DNA of 63,428 nucleotides, the filler included. It is 6 parts of 6 records of this genome, joined end to end, with 100 filler letters (N's around TTAATTAATTAA, not from the genome) between each part and the next. Parts side by side here need not be neighbours in the genome. Positions count along the whole stretch, not along the records: positions 1 to 10,926 come from SRR20825019_1730; positions 11,027 to 23,642 come from SRR20825019_1737; 4 more parts are not named here. One strand, written 5' to 3'. The translations under genes were made by a program, and so were the position numbers. Each line of letters starts with the position of its first letter. The stretch's first letter is position 1. Shown piece by piece: positions 8,957 through 19,814 of the stretch. The notes below the pieces were generated by a model. That model ran no database searches. It was not told the origin of the DNA and saw only the letters and a list, made by a program, of their open reading frames with translations.

Positions 8957-9730
8957 ATGCGTATCATCGACGTCCACACCCACCCCGTCTTCTTCACCCA
9001 GGGCCGCAAACCCGCTGAACTCCGTAAACTCGTCGCTCACGGCAAGTCCCATGGGGTCGAACGCATGGTCTCTCTCGGCGATGTGCTCCAATACGGACCG
9101 ACTCCCAATGCGGCCCAGCTTCGGGCGATCAACGACGAGACGGCTGGTCTCATTAAACAGTTCCCCAACTACTTTATCGGGTTCTGCTATCTCAACCCCA
9201 ATCTCGGCGAAAAGGCCGTGATGGAGGAAGCCACGCGCTGCGTCACCGAATACGGGTTCAAGGGAATCAAACTCGAAATCGCCAACAATGCCTCCGATCC
9301 CTGCATGAAGCACATCGCGAAGGCCTGCCGCGAGTTAAACGTCCCTGTGCTCCAGCACAGTTGGAGCAGCACCAATTTTGGTCCCGACAAGAAAGCTCAC
9401 AGTGATCCCGACGACACCGCCCTTTTTGCCCGTCGGAATCCCGACGTGAAAATCATCATGGCCCACCTCGTCGGCATCGGCTTCCGTGGCGTGATCGCCG
9501 CCAAGGGATTGGATAACATTTATGTCGATATCTCGGGTGCTTTCCCGGAAGACGGCTTGATCGAGTATGCGGTCGAACACCTCGGCGCCGACCATGTGCT
9601 CTATGGCACGGATATTCCGATCCGGCAAAGTAGCGTCAAAATCGGGGCCGTCCTCGGAGCCAAACTCACCGAAGCCGATCGCCAGAAAATCTTCTTCGAT
9701 AACACCGCCCGCCTGCTCAACCTGAACTAA
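8957..9730 (+). CDS. Amidohydrolase family protein (Amidohydro_2)
   Basis: IIDVHTH metal motif, GFKGIKL, PVLQH, IIMAH, YVDISG, LYGTD; start at ATG 8957. Confidence 0.85.
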   Translation: MRIIDVHTHPVFFTQGRKPAELRKLVAHGKSHGVERMVSLGDVLQYGPTPNAAQLRAINDETAGLIKQFPNYFIGFCYLNPNLGEKAVMEEATRCVTEYGFKGIKLEIANNASDPCMKHIAKACRELNVPVLQHSWSSTNFGPDKKAHSDPDDTALFARRNPDVKIIMAHLVGIGFRGVIAAKGLDNIYVDISGAFPEDGLIEYAVEHLGADHVLYGTDIPIRQSSVKIGAVLGAKLTEADRQKIFFDNTARLLNLN

Positions 9731-9740
9731 ATCTCCCGCC

Positions 9741-10496
9741 ATGCTCATCGATACTAACGTTAATCTCGGCTCCTGGCCTTTCACCCTCGCTCCCAACCGC
9801 ACCGCAGCCCAGCTCGCCAAACATCTTCGCAGCAACGGAGTAGATCGAGCCGTGGTCTCGCATTTCGGAGGTGCTTTCCAACCGGATCCCTCTCCTTCCA
9901 ACCGGGAGCTCTTTGCCGCCACCAAGAAAACAGCCGCCCTCACCGCGTTGCCGACGATCAATCTGCGCTTGGCCAACTGGCGTGAGCAACTCACTGAGTG
10001 CATTCAAACCGGTGCCAGCGCCGTCAAGATCCTCCCCACCTATCATAACTATACTCTTCGTGATAAAGTCGTGGGCGAGTTCGTGAACGCCCTGGCCGAA
10101 ACGTCCCTCAGACTCGTGATCAATATGCGCCACGAGGATGAGCGGCATCGCTACTTCGCCCTCAACATCAAGGGGCTTCCTCTCGCCGACGTAAAACTCT
10201 TCCTCAAACGTCACCCGAAAGTTCATGTGTTACTCGCCGGAATCATGATTCCCGAAGTTCGTGAACTCGCCAAGAAGTTCAAAAACTTTTCGATCGATCT
10301 CTCCTATTGCGAGTGGCTCAACTCGGTCGAAGACCTCGTCAAATTAATCACGGCCAAACGTATCATGCTCGGCACCAGCACGCCGTTGCTCTCCACCCGT
10401 GCGGAAGTCGACAAACTCCGCTTCGCCAAAATCACTCCCAAGGCCATGGAGCTGATCAGCTCCGCCAATGCCATCAAATTCTTCAACCTCGGATAA
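9741..10496 (+). CDS. Amidohydrolase-fold protein lacking canonical metal ligands
   Basis: Same scaffold (LID, KILPTYH, RIMLGT.TP, NA..FF) but DTNVN replaces DxHxH. Confidence 0.7.
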   Translation: MLIDTNVNLGSWPFTLAPNRTAAQLAKHLRSNGVDRAVVSHFGGAFQPDPSPSNRELFAATKKTAALTALPTINLRLANWREQLTECIQTGASAVKILPTYHNYTLRDKVVGEFVNALAETSLRLVINMRHEDERHRYFALNIKGLPLADVKLFLKRHPKVHVLLAGIMIPEVRELAKKFKNFSIDLSYCEWLNSVEDLVKLITAKRIMLGTSTPLLSTRAEVDKLRFAKITPKAMELISSANAIKFFNLG

Positions 10497-10612
10497 GGGG
10501 TCTGGCCGATTATTGTTAGTTTTAGCACAATTATCGGTCTGATCACCTCCCGTTTCACGTTCTACTTCTGTTTAGTTTGCCTAAGAAAACTTACAATAAT
10601 CGGCCAGACCCC
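10497..10612. mobile_element. 116-bp MITE/REP-like element with terminal inverted repeats
   Basis: GGGGTCTGGCCGATTATTGT...ACAATAATCGGCCAGACCCC: perfect 20-bp IR (25/26 when extended), filling nearly the whole intergenic space. Confidence 0.65.
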
Positions 10613-10620
10613 ATTTATAG

Positions 10621-10926
10621 ATGAGTAATTCAAATCCTCCTGTTCTCAATCCCATCGTCGATGAGCCCGTGCCCGCGCTAAACCGCTGGGATAATGCCGA
10701 AATTTCCCGTCTGACCGAGGCGATGGGACAATCCTCCCTCTTTTATTGGAAGGGACCGCAAACCGAGGCACTCTACACGGAGTTTCGGAAACACTACCCG
10801 CTTAAACATCTCTTCCCCTGCTCTTCCGGCACCGCTTCGATTCACGTCGCCGTCGCTGCCCTGAGACTCAAACCCGGCGATGAGATCATTCTCTCCCCGA
10901 TCACCGACATGGGTTCGGTCATCGGC
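10621..10926 (+). CDS. DegT/DnrJ/EryC1/StrS family PLP aminotransferase (3' truncated by contig end)
   Basis: CSSGTASIHVA..AL.LKPGDEII motif. Confidence 0.8.
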
Positions 10927-11026
10927 NNNNNNNNNNNNNNNNNNNNNNNNNNNNNNNNNNNNNNNNNNNNTTAATTAATTAANNNNNNNNNNNNNNNNNN
11001 NNNNNNNNNNNNNNNNNNNNNNNNNN
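10927..11026. other. Artificial contig-joining spacer
   Basis: 44 N + TTAATTAATTAA (stops in all six frames) + 44 N. Confidence 0.98.
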
Positions 11027-11510
11027 GTACAACCAATCCAGATGAAACACCAGCAACAATGCATCATTCGGACCTGGCTTCATGTGGAGGGAAGTGTACA
11101 TGTCAAAGCAGGACCGCAGCATGCTCTTTCGGCATGTCGGTCACGCGCGTGGAGTGAGCTGGAAGCAACTGTGATCATCACCTGTTAATGCACCCCTCGT
11201 CAACTGGTCTCAGTTGGATGCGGATCCACCTTGGTAATGTGGTGAGATAAGGTCCAACGAGTTACAGTTACATATATACGAATGTTTAATGACATTCAAA
11301 TAGTTGAGGAAGAGATCCCGGCAGATCAGAATGTGGGAGGTGTCGATGCTCTTTGACCTATCTATCTCAGTCTAGCAAGTACGACAAGCTCTTGTAATCG
11401 TGTCAAAGCGTCGAATAGACTAGAAGACAAGCGTTAAACGACGATGAACTATGTATGTTCTGGGGCGGATCTCAGTTTGCCCTGGTTATACTGGTGTTGT
11501 TCTCCAGCAA

Positions 11511-12494
11511 TCATTGCATTAATGCAGCAAGAAGTTGCGATGGGGGCCCACGATGGTTTGGATCATGATGGGCACCAATCATGAATGCAAACTGATGGCG
11601 CTCCTCAAGGGCGTTATCGGAGTGGAAAGCCGCCCACGCGAAAAACAATTCTGGATTACTTGTCCATGTTTCAAATAACCTATCACTCGGAGACGCTCTC
11701 TCCCACGGCACAAAACCTGTCAGCAAGACAAACATTGTCACAGCAATGGAAAATGAGTCAAACTTGGCCCCATCATACGCAATGTTCTGGTCGAGAGAAT
11801 TGCACACCTCGGGTGGACAATAGTCGAGAGTGCCAGCACGACCAGTACACAGAGGAGCTGGCCGGGCCGCATCGTGTATCGAACATTGACCATAGTCGCA
11901 CAGCACCACGTTAGCAGTTTCAGGGTCTGTTCCATCAAGCAGAATGTTTTCAGGCTTGATATCTCGATGGAAAATTCCAAGAGAGTGAAGATGCGAAACA
12001 CCGCCAACTATCTGCTTAATGAGGCGATCTACGGTAGTGGAACTGAGAGCTCCGCCCGTGTCTTCGAGACGTTGCAACACGTCCGATAGGGAACAAGGCA
12101 GACGAGGCAACACGATCACTGGTGTATGGTCTGCGCCCATGAAGATATTGCGGGCATAAATTACATTGTCATGGCGCCTTGTAGAGGCATGGATGCACTC
12201 AAAGGTAAGTACCTCAGTCATGCCTTGTTCCTGTGATGGCAACTTAATGACGACGTCCTCTCCGGTGTCTGGGCATACACCGTGATACACCGTGCCGCCT
12301 GAGCCCGTAGTCATCTCTTGCGGGAGGTATGCATCAAGGTTGCAGGGCGTTGAGAGAAGTACTGAACAATCATTGGTAGCGCCGGTCTCAGGCATGGCGT
12401 TGTGGGATCGTACTGCCATGCTCAGTGCCCGGACGCCACTAGTGTGTCGGCCAGTGCCTGAGACTGCCGGGTCGCCATCCTCTCCAGGCATCAT
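11511..12494 (-). CDS. Eukaryotic Ser/Thr protein kinase (intronless)
   Basis: GSGGTVY, VVIK, HRDIKPENILL, CDYG, GTLDYCPPE, DSFSIAV, TGFVPW; start uncertain. Confidence 0.88.
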   Translation of the reverse strand: MMPGEDGDPAVSGTGRHTSGVRALSMAVRSHNAMPETGATNDCSVLLSTPCNLDAYLPQEMTTGSGGTVYHGVCPDTGEDVVIKLPSQEQGMTEVLTFECIHASTRRHDNVIYARNIFMGADHTPVIVLPRLPCSLSDVLQRLEDTGGALSSTTVDRLIKQIVGGVSHLHSLGIFHRDIKPENILLDGTDPETANVVLCDYGQCSIHDAARPAPLCTGRAGTLDYCPPEVCNSLDQNIAYDGAKFDSFSIAVTMFVLLTGFVPWERASPSDRLFETWTSNPELFFAWAAFHSDNALEERHQFAFMIGAHHDPNHRGPPSQLLAALMQ

Positions 12495-13731
12495 TACGGA
12501 GCAGCTCTAAACAGAATTGTTAGACCGGCTATAGTTAAGACTTCAGTTAGTCCATGAGGCACTCCAGAATAGTGACTCAAGCAGTTACTGCCACTGGCAC
12601 GGCCAGCTCCTCCAGCTAGCGGCACGGCCCACCGGCAGTCGGGCCAGCCGGCCCGACTCTGTCCGCACCCAGCACGGCACTGTCTGAGTCCGGCGGCGCA
12701 GCCGGCGACACCGAATGCCCGCGAAGCTGGTACTCTTCAAGTCGGCGGACACTCAATGATACCGTCCCCCGAGATACCAACAGAGGCCAGCGGCCTCGGC
12801 CACTAACGAAGGCCGGTGAGGCGGAAGTGAAAAGGTATTTTTGAGTATATTTTTGTCCAAGCACGTGACCTCCACCATGATTTTACCTGATCACCGAACC
12901 GGATCGGATCGCCCGGGTGACTAGGCGCCGCCTGTGGGGCTGCTTTTCAAGCGGGCCGGCTGCCGGGTTGAGAGTGGCTGAGAGCCCTTCATCGGGCCGA
13001 TACAAAGCAGTTGCGCAAATGCTCTCAAGGCCAACCCAACTCTAATAATTGCCCCCAGACCTCAACGGGGCTCATCATCATCTACTCAGGTTGGTGCACC
13101 CCGGAAGTCACCCCGGAGGCCTCCGGGCGCTGCCCGTCTGCAGTCACGCCGCGCTTGTGGAGGTCCGTGTATGTAATCTGAGTGTGGAGGCCTGGGTTCT
13201 ACAGTCATCACTTCCTAGACTACGGTTTGTACAAACGAGACCGCTTGTGCCACCTCTGATAACGCGACATGACATAGATCACCGGCCTAAAGATAATGGG
13301 CGATCCCTTGTGCGACATATTCAATCTCTAGCACGTTAGGTTTATTGATATACCTCAACTCGGCATTTCTTGTGAAGTTTGTCGACCGTTGCGCCGACTA
13401 GCGTTGTCTTCCAGAACAAGTTCACTACAAGCGTAGCACTGTGGGCTGGGGTTACTGAGTTGGTCATGGGTCAGCACCTGCAACTGCTGCCCCTGTTCGG
13501 CACTGTTTGATATGATCTCTCAAAAAGTCCACACGTCCTCGAATGCTTCCACTTGGCATACACCTACGTCCAATCTATCTTGTCCTGGTTCAACGCTCTT
13601 GGTACTTAGACTAGGAACTCATTGGCAATAGCCATCGAGGTGACTTGCCCAGAGCGTGGGGCAGCTTTTTTTAAGCTAGCACAAATGATACTCGTTTGTA
13701 TACCACTAGTTTGAACAAAAAGAGAAAAAAT

Positions 13732-15376
13732 CTAGCCAGCTTTCGCCCTTCCTTCCTCAGCCATGCGACTATAGGTGGCGCCCATGTCGTCGTCATCATC
13801 CTTTTCAGTCGAAGTCAACTCTGCACATGCATCCTGTGCCAGGGCAGCCTTCATAGAATCGGAGTTCAATTGTCCCATCTTGGGATAGAACTGAAGACAT
13901 TTCTTTGATCGGAGACCTTCATTGACGAAGTAACCAATAAACCCGAGGAGTATCGCTACCAAAGAAGCAATCTTAACTTCAAGGGCAGTGAACCACAGAA
14001 CCGCCAAGCAAACACATATGGGGCAAAAAACAAATGCCATTGCCCCTATAACGCCCGGCACAGGGACCTTGTAAGGCCTATCAAGCTTGCTATGCGTCCA
14101 CCGCAGTTTCACAAAGGCAAAGCATTCCAGCAACAAAGCAAGGCAATACATAGTGTTATCAAGCTGCAGGATAACCCCAAAGTCCCTTGTGATTAGAACC
14201 AATATAACGATGAAGCTTGCGAGGATGGCCACCCATGGGGTTTCCCACCGACTTCTCTTCGAGAAAAACTTGGGTACAATTCCTGTTTCAGCCATTCCAC
14301 ACAATTGATACGCGTCTTGAGTCATCTCGGCCAAGAATTGGCATGCATTACTCAAAGAGGAGCCAAGAAGTAGGCCAATGGCAAGCCATTTCCCACCAAC
14401 CTTTTCAGCAATCTTGACATAGTAACCCTCCTTGTACTCATGAAAGTCATGTGCTACCCCTGTCGCGGCGAGCAGAGGAAGAATATTGCACAGAATAACC
14501 ACAATGACAGCAATAACCATAGCTCGAGGATAAGTCTTTCCAGGGTTCTTAACCTCTCCCGCAAACGTCGAACACGCATCCCAGCCGTTGATGTTCCACA
14601 CCATGACATTGATGAAGGATACCCACTTCACTTCTTCTGCAGGCTTTCGCACAAGCCATTGTGAAGGATCAGCTTGGTAAATGGCCATGAAAAAGATAAA
14701 TACAAATGGAAGTAACACCAAAATATTGCAAGCAGACAGACTCCAGCCCACTACATCAATACCACGAAGAGCCATCGCAGTAAGAACTAGACACATAAGT
14801 AGCTTCAGCGCAAACATCTCATAAGGGTTGAAATCATCAAACGCGGTTCCAACAAATGCCTGAATGCAGTACTCAATTACTAAAGCAGGATAGAGCGCAT
14901 TGTCTGTCACTCCACCAAGCCAAGACCAATAGCCCTCATTCCAAGCCATAAAATTGCCAAACGCCTGCTGAACCCAGATTGTGTACCTGCAAGTACCACG
15001 TCAAATCAAGCAAGTAACACCACAAAGACTCTTCGTACCCCCCATCACTATCAAACAAACTACTTAGCTCAGCAGTCATCAGGGCCACTGGAAAAGACCA
15101 GAACCACGGCATAAGAAGTAGAACCAGCAGTGACCAGAACGGGCCTCCAGACTTCACAATCTCTTCACTACCATACGGACCACCGCTTACGTTAAAGAAC
15201 GCCAAAGCAACCACCCCAAATATTCCTAGCTTTCGTGTCGGGATATTGACGGTGCTGATACCACTAGTCGATGTAGTAGAAGATCCAACACTGTCTCTAT
15301 CTCCTGAGTCATGATCTTGATCTCCCATGAGAGGTGATGTAACGCTCTCGTCCTTGGCACTCCTGTGCCGGCCCAT
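13732..15376 (-). CDS. APC-superfamily amino acid/polyamine transporter (LAT/PUT-like), 2 exons
   Basis: VSGGPYGSE, AELSS, WNINGWD..ST.AGEVKNP, RPYKVP motifs. Removing a 52-nt GT-AG intron (14987-15038) joins the two ORFs in frame (DGG|YTIWVQQAFG). Confidence 0.9.
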
Positions 15377-16205
15377 CAGTCCCTCTAAGTCTTTACATAT
15401 TCAAACCTGCCGGTTGTTGTATAGAAAACGTTTCTGTTGCCCTCTTCATTGGTGACCTCACTCAAGCGGGATGCCACCAGGGCGCGCGGTACTGCCTTGT
15501 GTTTCGACTAGGACCGTTTCAGTGGGACAATCTGGTTCGTCCGGGATGGTCGTGGGTGAGCCATCGGATGCTTGCAAATAATCCAGGCCGGCGGCCCGGC
15601 ACGGTGCACCGGCGGAGTCATCGGGCCATCCTCAGGCGTGACCGTCCGAGCCGTCCGACCGCATCAAAGCGCGATAAATTTAGTTTACGTACGGTCATCG
15701 TTCCACTCAGGGTGAAAGACAAGGGTGACTGCGGTGCGGTGATCTAACTTGCGCCTGTGGCCTCGGACCATGCCGGTGCCAGGAAACGGCTCACGCTTGT
15801 GAGGCTCGTTTTTTGATTAACGTGCGCTATATCACGAGCAATCCCACATTCCCAATTCCCAGACTCTCGATACAGCGAATTATGGTCTCAAACGTCTAAA
15901 ATTTCCTTGGTCTCAAACAAAAAACTGAAGTTTCGTTCGCGCCGCGCGCACGCGCGCCGCGCCGGCTGCCGGCCGCGGCCGGAGTCCACTGGTCAGTGCC
16001 GCCACGCGGTCACACCAGAGGTTTTGGTTGGCCGGTTTCGTACTGGCTGTGGAAACCATCGCGCGCACGGATATGGCCTGCGTCGGGGAGCAAAGTTTTT
16101 CAACACATTATGGAGTGGATGGACAGCCAGCCACTCCAGCAACATAAGGATAGAATAGATTTTGCGTCTGTTACTCTTCTTAAGGTGCGTTGTCGTTTCG
16201 CCAGC

Positions 16206-17456
16206 ATGGCGTCAGTACAAAGCCCTCCTGAAACAATTCTGCCTGAAACAATTCTGCCGCACCGCCAAAACTTAAAAGTTTCTGGTCGAACGGGTGCTGA
16301 CCAGGCGCGTCGTCGTCGTGAAGCCCTTAATAGACAAAAGAAGGCGCGGCGTGATGCCACTGAGATGTTGCGGAAAGTACAGGAGGCCCAGGCAGATGAT
16401 CCCGAAGAAGATCAGAAAGATGGAAAGGGGGACATGGCCATTATTGACGATTCTGGCTCTCCGGATGCAGGAGGCCGTAGGAACTTTAAGGTGCGAGATC
16501 CTCTTGCACACCGTCGCCGCGCGAAGGTGTTTTATCAGCAACTGTGTTCTCCTGAATGGCTTGTTGATGTGCCCTCGGATTTAGGGTGTGGTGAGTGGTT
16601 CGTCATGCCTAGACCCGACGGAAAGCGCTGTCTGGTAGTGACGGACCAGGCTGGTTGGGCAGTCGCCCGGTCTCACAAGGATGGTCGCCTTATCAAAAGG
16701 TTCCGCTCTCCCCTCCCATCTGACACCATTCTCGACTGCGTATTTCAGGCTGAGTCTGGTGAGTTTCACATCCTCGATGCAATGTGCTGGCGAGGTTATG
16801 CATTGTATGACTGCACGGCGGAGTTCAGACTATATTGGCTAAGGGACAAACTCTCCGAGTTTTCTTATGCTCCGTATCCTTTTGTCGCGGTACCCTATGC
16901 TATGTGCGACTCAACTGGGCTGGAGGGGGCATACATGACAGTATTTCCTTTCAAAAAGGATGGGCTCTTGTTCATACACAAGGAATCGCACTACACGCTG
17001 GGCTCCACTCCTCTGATAATACAATGGAAGGACAGCCGCTGTAGTGAATATCCCGTAGACTCACCTGATGCCGATGCACCGGAGGGGCAACAAACGATCT
17101 GTCTAGAGTTGACAGATGAGCTGGAGTTACTGACATCAGATGAGCCACCTATCCAGCTTGGACGTGTAGATGCTGCTTATTTAGAGCACATCAACGCAAA
17201 ACCAGGAAATTTGCTTAAGTTTGCCATTGGTAGTGTAGATCAATCAGCCGAGGCTCCCTCAGTGACAAATATGACTTTCCTACGAGTTGTGAATAGACGA
17301 TTGGTTGCAGACCAATGGTCACGCATCTTGTATCAGTACCACGCAAGAACCCAGCCTATTACAATAGAAGCCATAGGGTCTGTTCTCATGTCCAGGGGTG
17401 ATATGGCTGAGTCAGGCGGAGTTGGTCAGGCAAACACCAATTCTATGGAGTGCTAG
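16206..17456 (+). CDS. SNUPN: Snurportin-1 (m3G-cap binding import adaptor)
   Basis: IBB-like QARRRREALNRQKKARRD, then PEWLVDVP.DL, P.GKRCLVV, TILDC, LD.MCW, DC.AEFR.YWL, DGLLF.HK..HY..G.TPL motifs; start at ATG 16206 inferred. Confidence 0.88.
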   Translation: MASVQSPPETILPETILPHRQNLKVSGRTGADQARRRREALNRQKKARRDATEMLRKVQEAQADDPEEDQKDGKGDMAIIDDSGSPDAGGRRNFKVRDPLAHRRRAKVFYQQLCSPEWLVDVPSDLGCGEWFVMPRPDGKRCLVVTDQAGWAVARSHKDGRLIKRFRSPLPSDTILDCVFQAESGEFHILDAMCWRGYALYDCTAEFRLYWLRDKLSEFSYAPYPFVAVPYAMCDSTGLEGAYMTVFPFKKDGLLFIHKESHYTLGSTPLIIQWKDSRCSEYPVDSPDADAPEGQQTICLELTDELELLTSDEPPIQLGRVDAAYLEHINAKPGNLLKFAIGSVDQSAEAPSVTNMTFLRVVNRRLVADQWSRILYQYHARTQPITIEAIGSVLMSRGDMAESGGVGQANTNSMEC

Positions 17457-17614
17457 GAGGCAGAGGGAACCCTTTGCGGACTATCGATGCAAACTGAGGA
17501 AGTGGACCCGACGACGCGGACAAGCCATTGCGCACGAGGCACTGACCTATAAGTACCATCTTCCTATAAACATAACCCAATATCCCAACAGCAACTCGTC
17601 GTTCATGCCTTCAC

Positions 17615-18504
17615 TTATACTTCCACCTTGGCCGCCTTTCCCATGGTGGACGTCACGTGCATACTCTTGATCCAGCCCAATTCCTTAATTGCGCTAGGCC
17701 TCGCACTCTCGACTGCTTGCTTCACAGCCATAATATTTTCTGCAATGTTGTCGTTGTCGAAACTGATCTTTCCCACCCCAGCGTGAATGCACCCGGTTTT
17801 GTCCACGCGAAATTCAACCTGCCCTGCCTTGGCTTCCTTCACGGCGTTTCCGATTTCCTGAGTCAACGTGCCAACCTTTGGGTTCGGCATCATTCCCCTG
17901 GGGCCAAGCACGCGAGCAACCTTGCCAACCACACCCATCATATCAGGAGTTGCCAGGCACCTCTCGAAGTCCAACTTTCCGGCCATAATTTGCTTTTGCA
18001 AGTCATCATCCCCAACAATATCAGCCCCAGCGGCTCTTGCCTCTTCAGCTTTCTCACCCTTTGCGAAAACCGCGACCCTAACATTCTTGCCCGTGCCATG
18101 AGGAAGTTTCACAACACCCCTATTTAAAGATATTAATAAAAAACACGCTAACAAACAGACGACCGACATAACCTCACCTTACGCTCTCGTTTGTTGCACG
18201 TGGGTTGAAGTTCAACTTCATATGGACCTCCACAGTCTCGTCGAACTTCGCGCGTGCCGAGTCTTTCACAACCTGCAGTGCATCCACCAGAGGGTAGGCA
18301 CCCTTCTTGGCGCTAGAGGTCCTCAACATAGAAACGGACTGTAACTTGGCGTGAAAAACTGCACACAACTAGAGCCAATGAATGAAATACCTTGGAAGAG
18401 CCTTCTGTACTCAAAGCGCGGCATAATACAAATCTTTCCGCGGCACCAACATTGCGGGTGGCTAAGGTGCAGGTGATTGGCAGCCTTCTTAGTGATGCAA
18501 ACAT
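17615..18504 (-). CDS. Organellar (likely mitochondrial) ribosomal protein uL1, 3 exons
   Basis: KFDETVE, LPHGTGK, LGPRGMMPNPKVGT, FRVDKTG, STMG motifs; presequence-like N-terminus MFASLRRL; GT-AG introns 18339-18390 and 18120-18177 restore frame. Confidence 0.9.
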
Positions 18505-18559
18505 ACCCTTTTTTTCAGTTGAAAGAAATGAGGCTTTCAAATATTTATCCACAGAGTTG

Positions 18560-19700
18560 GATATCACGCCCGAGGCCTCAGCCCGGCCAATGAGGAGTGG
18601 GCCTGGGCCCTTCAGGTGGCTCTTTGGGACTGATAGTCCCGTCCTGGCCCGGCGGCACCCGTCGGTGGTTCTGTTTGACTTCCTGGGAGTCACGGCCGGT
18701 TACTGTTCCCAGCCCGACCGAACACCCGCCTGGGTGGTTGTTGCAGGTCTTGCCTGGCCGCCCGGTGGCCGCGGAGGACCAGCCGCCGCCGTTTCGAGTC
18801 ACGGGCCGTGGCGACTGAGTCCGACCAGCGCGCCTCTGGCTGAATGAGAATGTCGATGATGAAGCCGGACCAAGTCCAAGCATGGTGAGCCCACGAGGAG
18901 GTCGGCCGACCTCCTCCGGCTCATCATCAGCCGGGCCCCGGGCAGCGCCCGGCGCCCGAGCGGCCGGGCCGCGGTTTTTTTTTGCAATGAGGCGGTTAGC
19001 CTAGCCCTGTGCGCGGCGCTTGCTCAGTTGGCTTCGCCAGGGAAGCTTCCGTGCGGCGCCGGGCGGCCCGGCCGGGCCGGCGTCCGCGGTCGCCGCCGGC
19101 GGCCGGCATGCGGACCGGACTCGGCCGCCGGTGAGCCCCGAGTTCGTCGCTCCCACCGCAGACCCGACGGCGGGGCCCGGGAGGCGTCCCGGGCCGTTCG
19201 TGGTTGTCCCTGGGCGACGCACCGTCCCTGGCCGGCTCGCGGGCGGCCGAGCCGGCGGCGGGCCGGGCCCCGGCCGGGGCCCCCGGCCGTCGTCAGCGCG
19301 CGGGGGCGCCGTTGGGCCCGGAGCGACTCGGATGGGTGCGGCGGCGCCCGGGCCGGGCAGACCGACCGCGCCGCGCCAGGGGTGTCCCGACCGGCTCCGC
19401 GCGCGGCCCAGCGGGCCGTTTCCGTTCGGTGGGGCTTAGGCCGTAGGGCTCGCCTTTCCAGCCTCCTCGCCCCCGCCGCCGCCCCGCCGCGGCGTCCCGT
19501 TCTTGAGGCATTCTGGCCCGAAACGACTTGGCGGGCCTGGGGCGCCCAACGTTGGGTGTGTTATTCAGGCCCTGAAGCTGCGCTACCCGTTTAGCTGCGC
19601 TACCCGTTTAGCTGCGGGGGCCAGAGGAAGCACAGCAGACCGCGAGTTTTGGGTTCACCCGTGGAGACCTTCTCTGCCTGTTCCGGGCTACTGCTGGCAC
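18560..19700. promoter_or_regulatory. Extremely GC-rich island between divergent genes (putative bidirectional promoter region)
   Basis: Non-coding, CCGG/GGCC-dense stretch between the uL1 and GRASP start codons; boundaries approximate. Confidence 0.5.
19576..19616 (+). repeat. 17-bp tandem duplication
   Basis: AGCTGCGCTACCCGTTT x2 plus partial AGCTGCG. Confidence 0.85.
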
Positions 19701-19814
19701 TAATAGGCCACCGCGTTGCCACGATAGGTCGGTCGAAGATAACAGCAGTATATATTTTTGTGGGACTTGTTGTTATTTCTTCTTCCAGTCAGTTGCGTTC
19801 AGTTGAATAGGCCT

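Noticed and set aside
11027..11510. Possible coding or retroelement fragment (also 13000-13700 and 34230-34650)
   Set aside because: No recognisable motifs or convincing ORF; left unannotated
10621..12494. Apparent bacteria-to-eukaryote horizontal transfer junctions (here and at the other spacers)
   Set aside because: The junctions are artificial N-TTAATTAATTAA-N linkers
11511..12494. Intronless kinase as a retrogene
   Set aside because: Snurportin is also intronless here, and no poly(A) remnant or target duplication was seen
16227..16258. 15-bp tandem duplication (PETIL x2) in snurportin; similar 12-bp duplication near 28759
   Set aside because: Ordinary in-frame slippage duplications in disordered regions
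18578..19703. Many overlapping Arg/Pro/Gly/Ala-rich ORFs (also 27812-28202, 31515-32388, 35971-36659)
   Set aside because: Stop-codon depletion in GC islands; low complexity and no domain motifs
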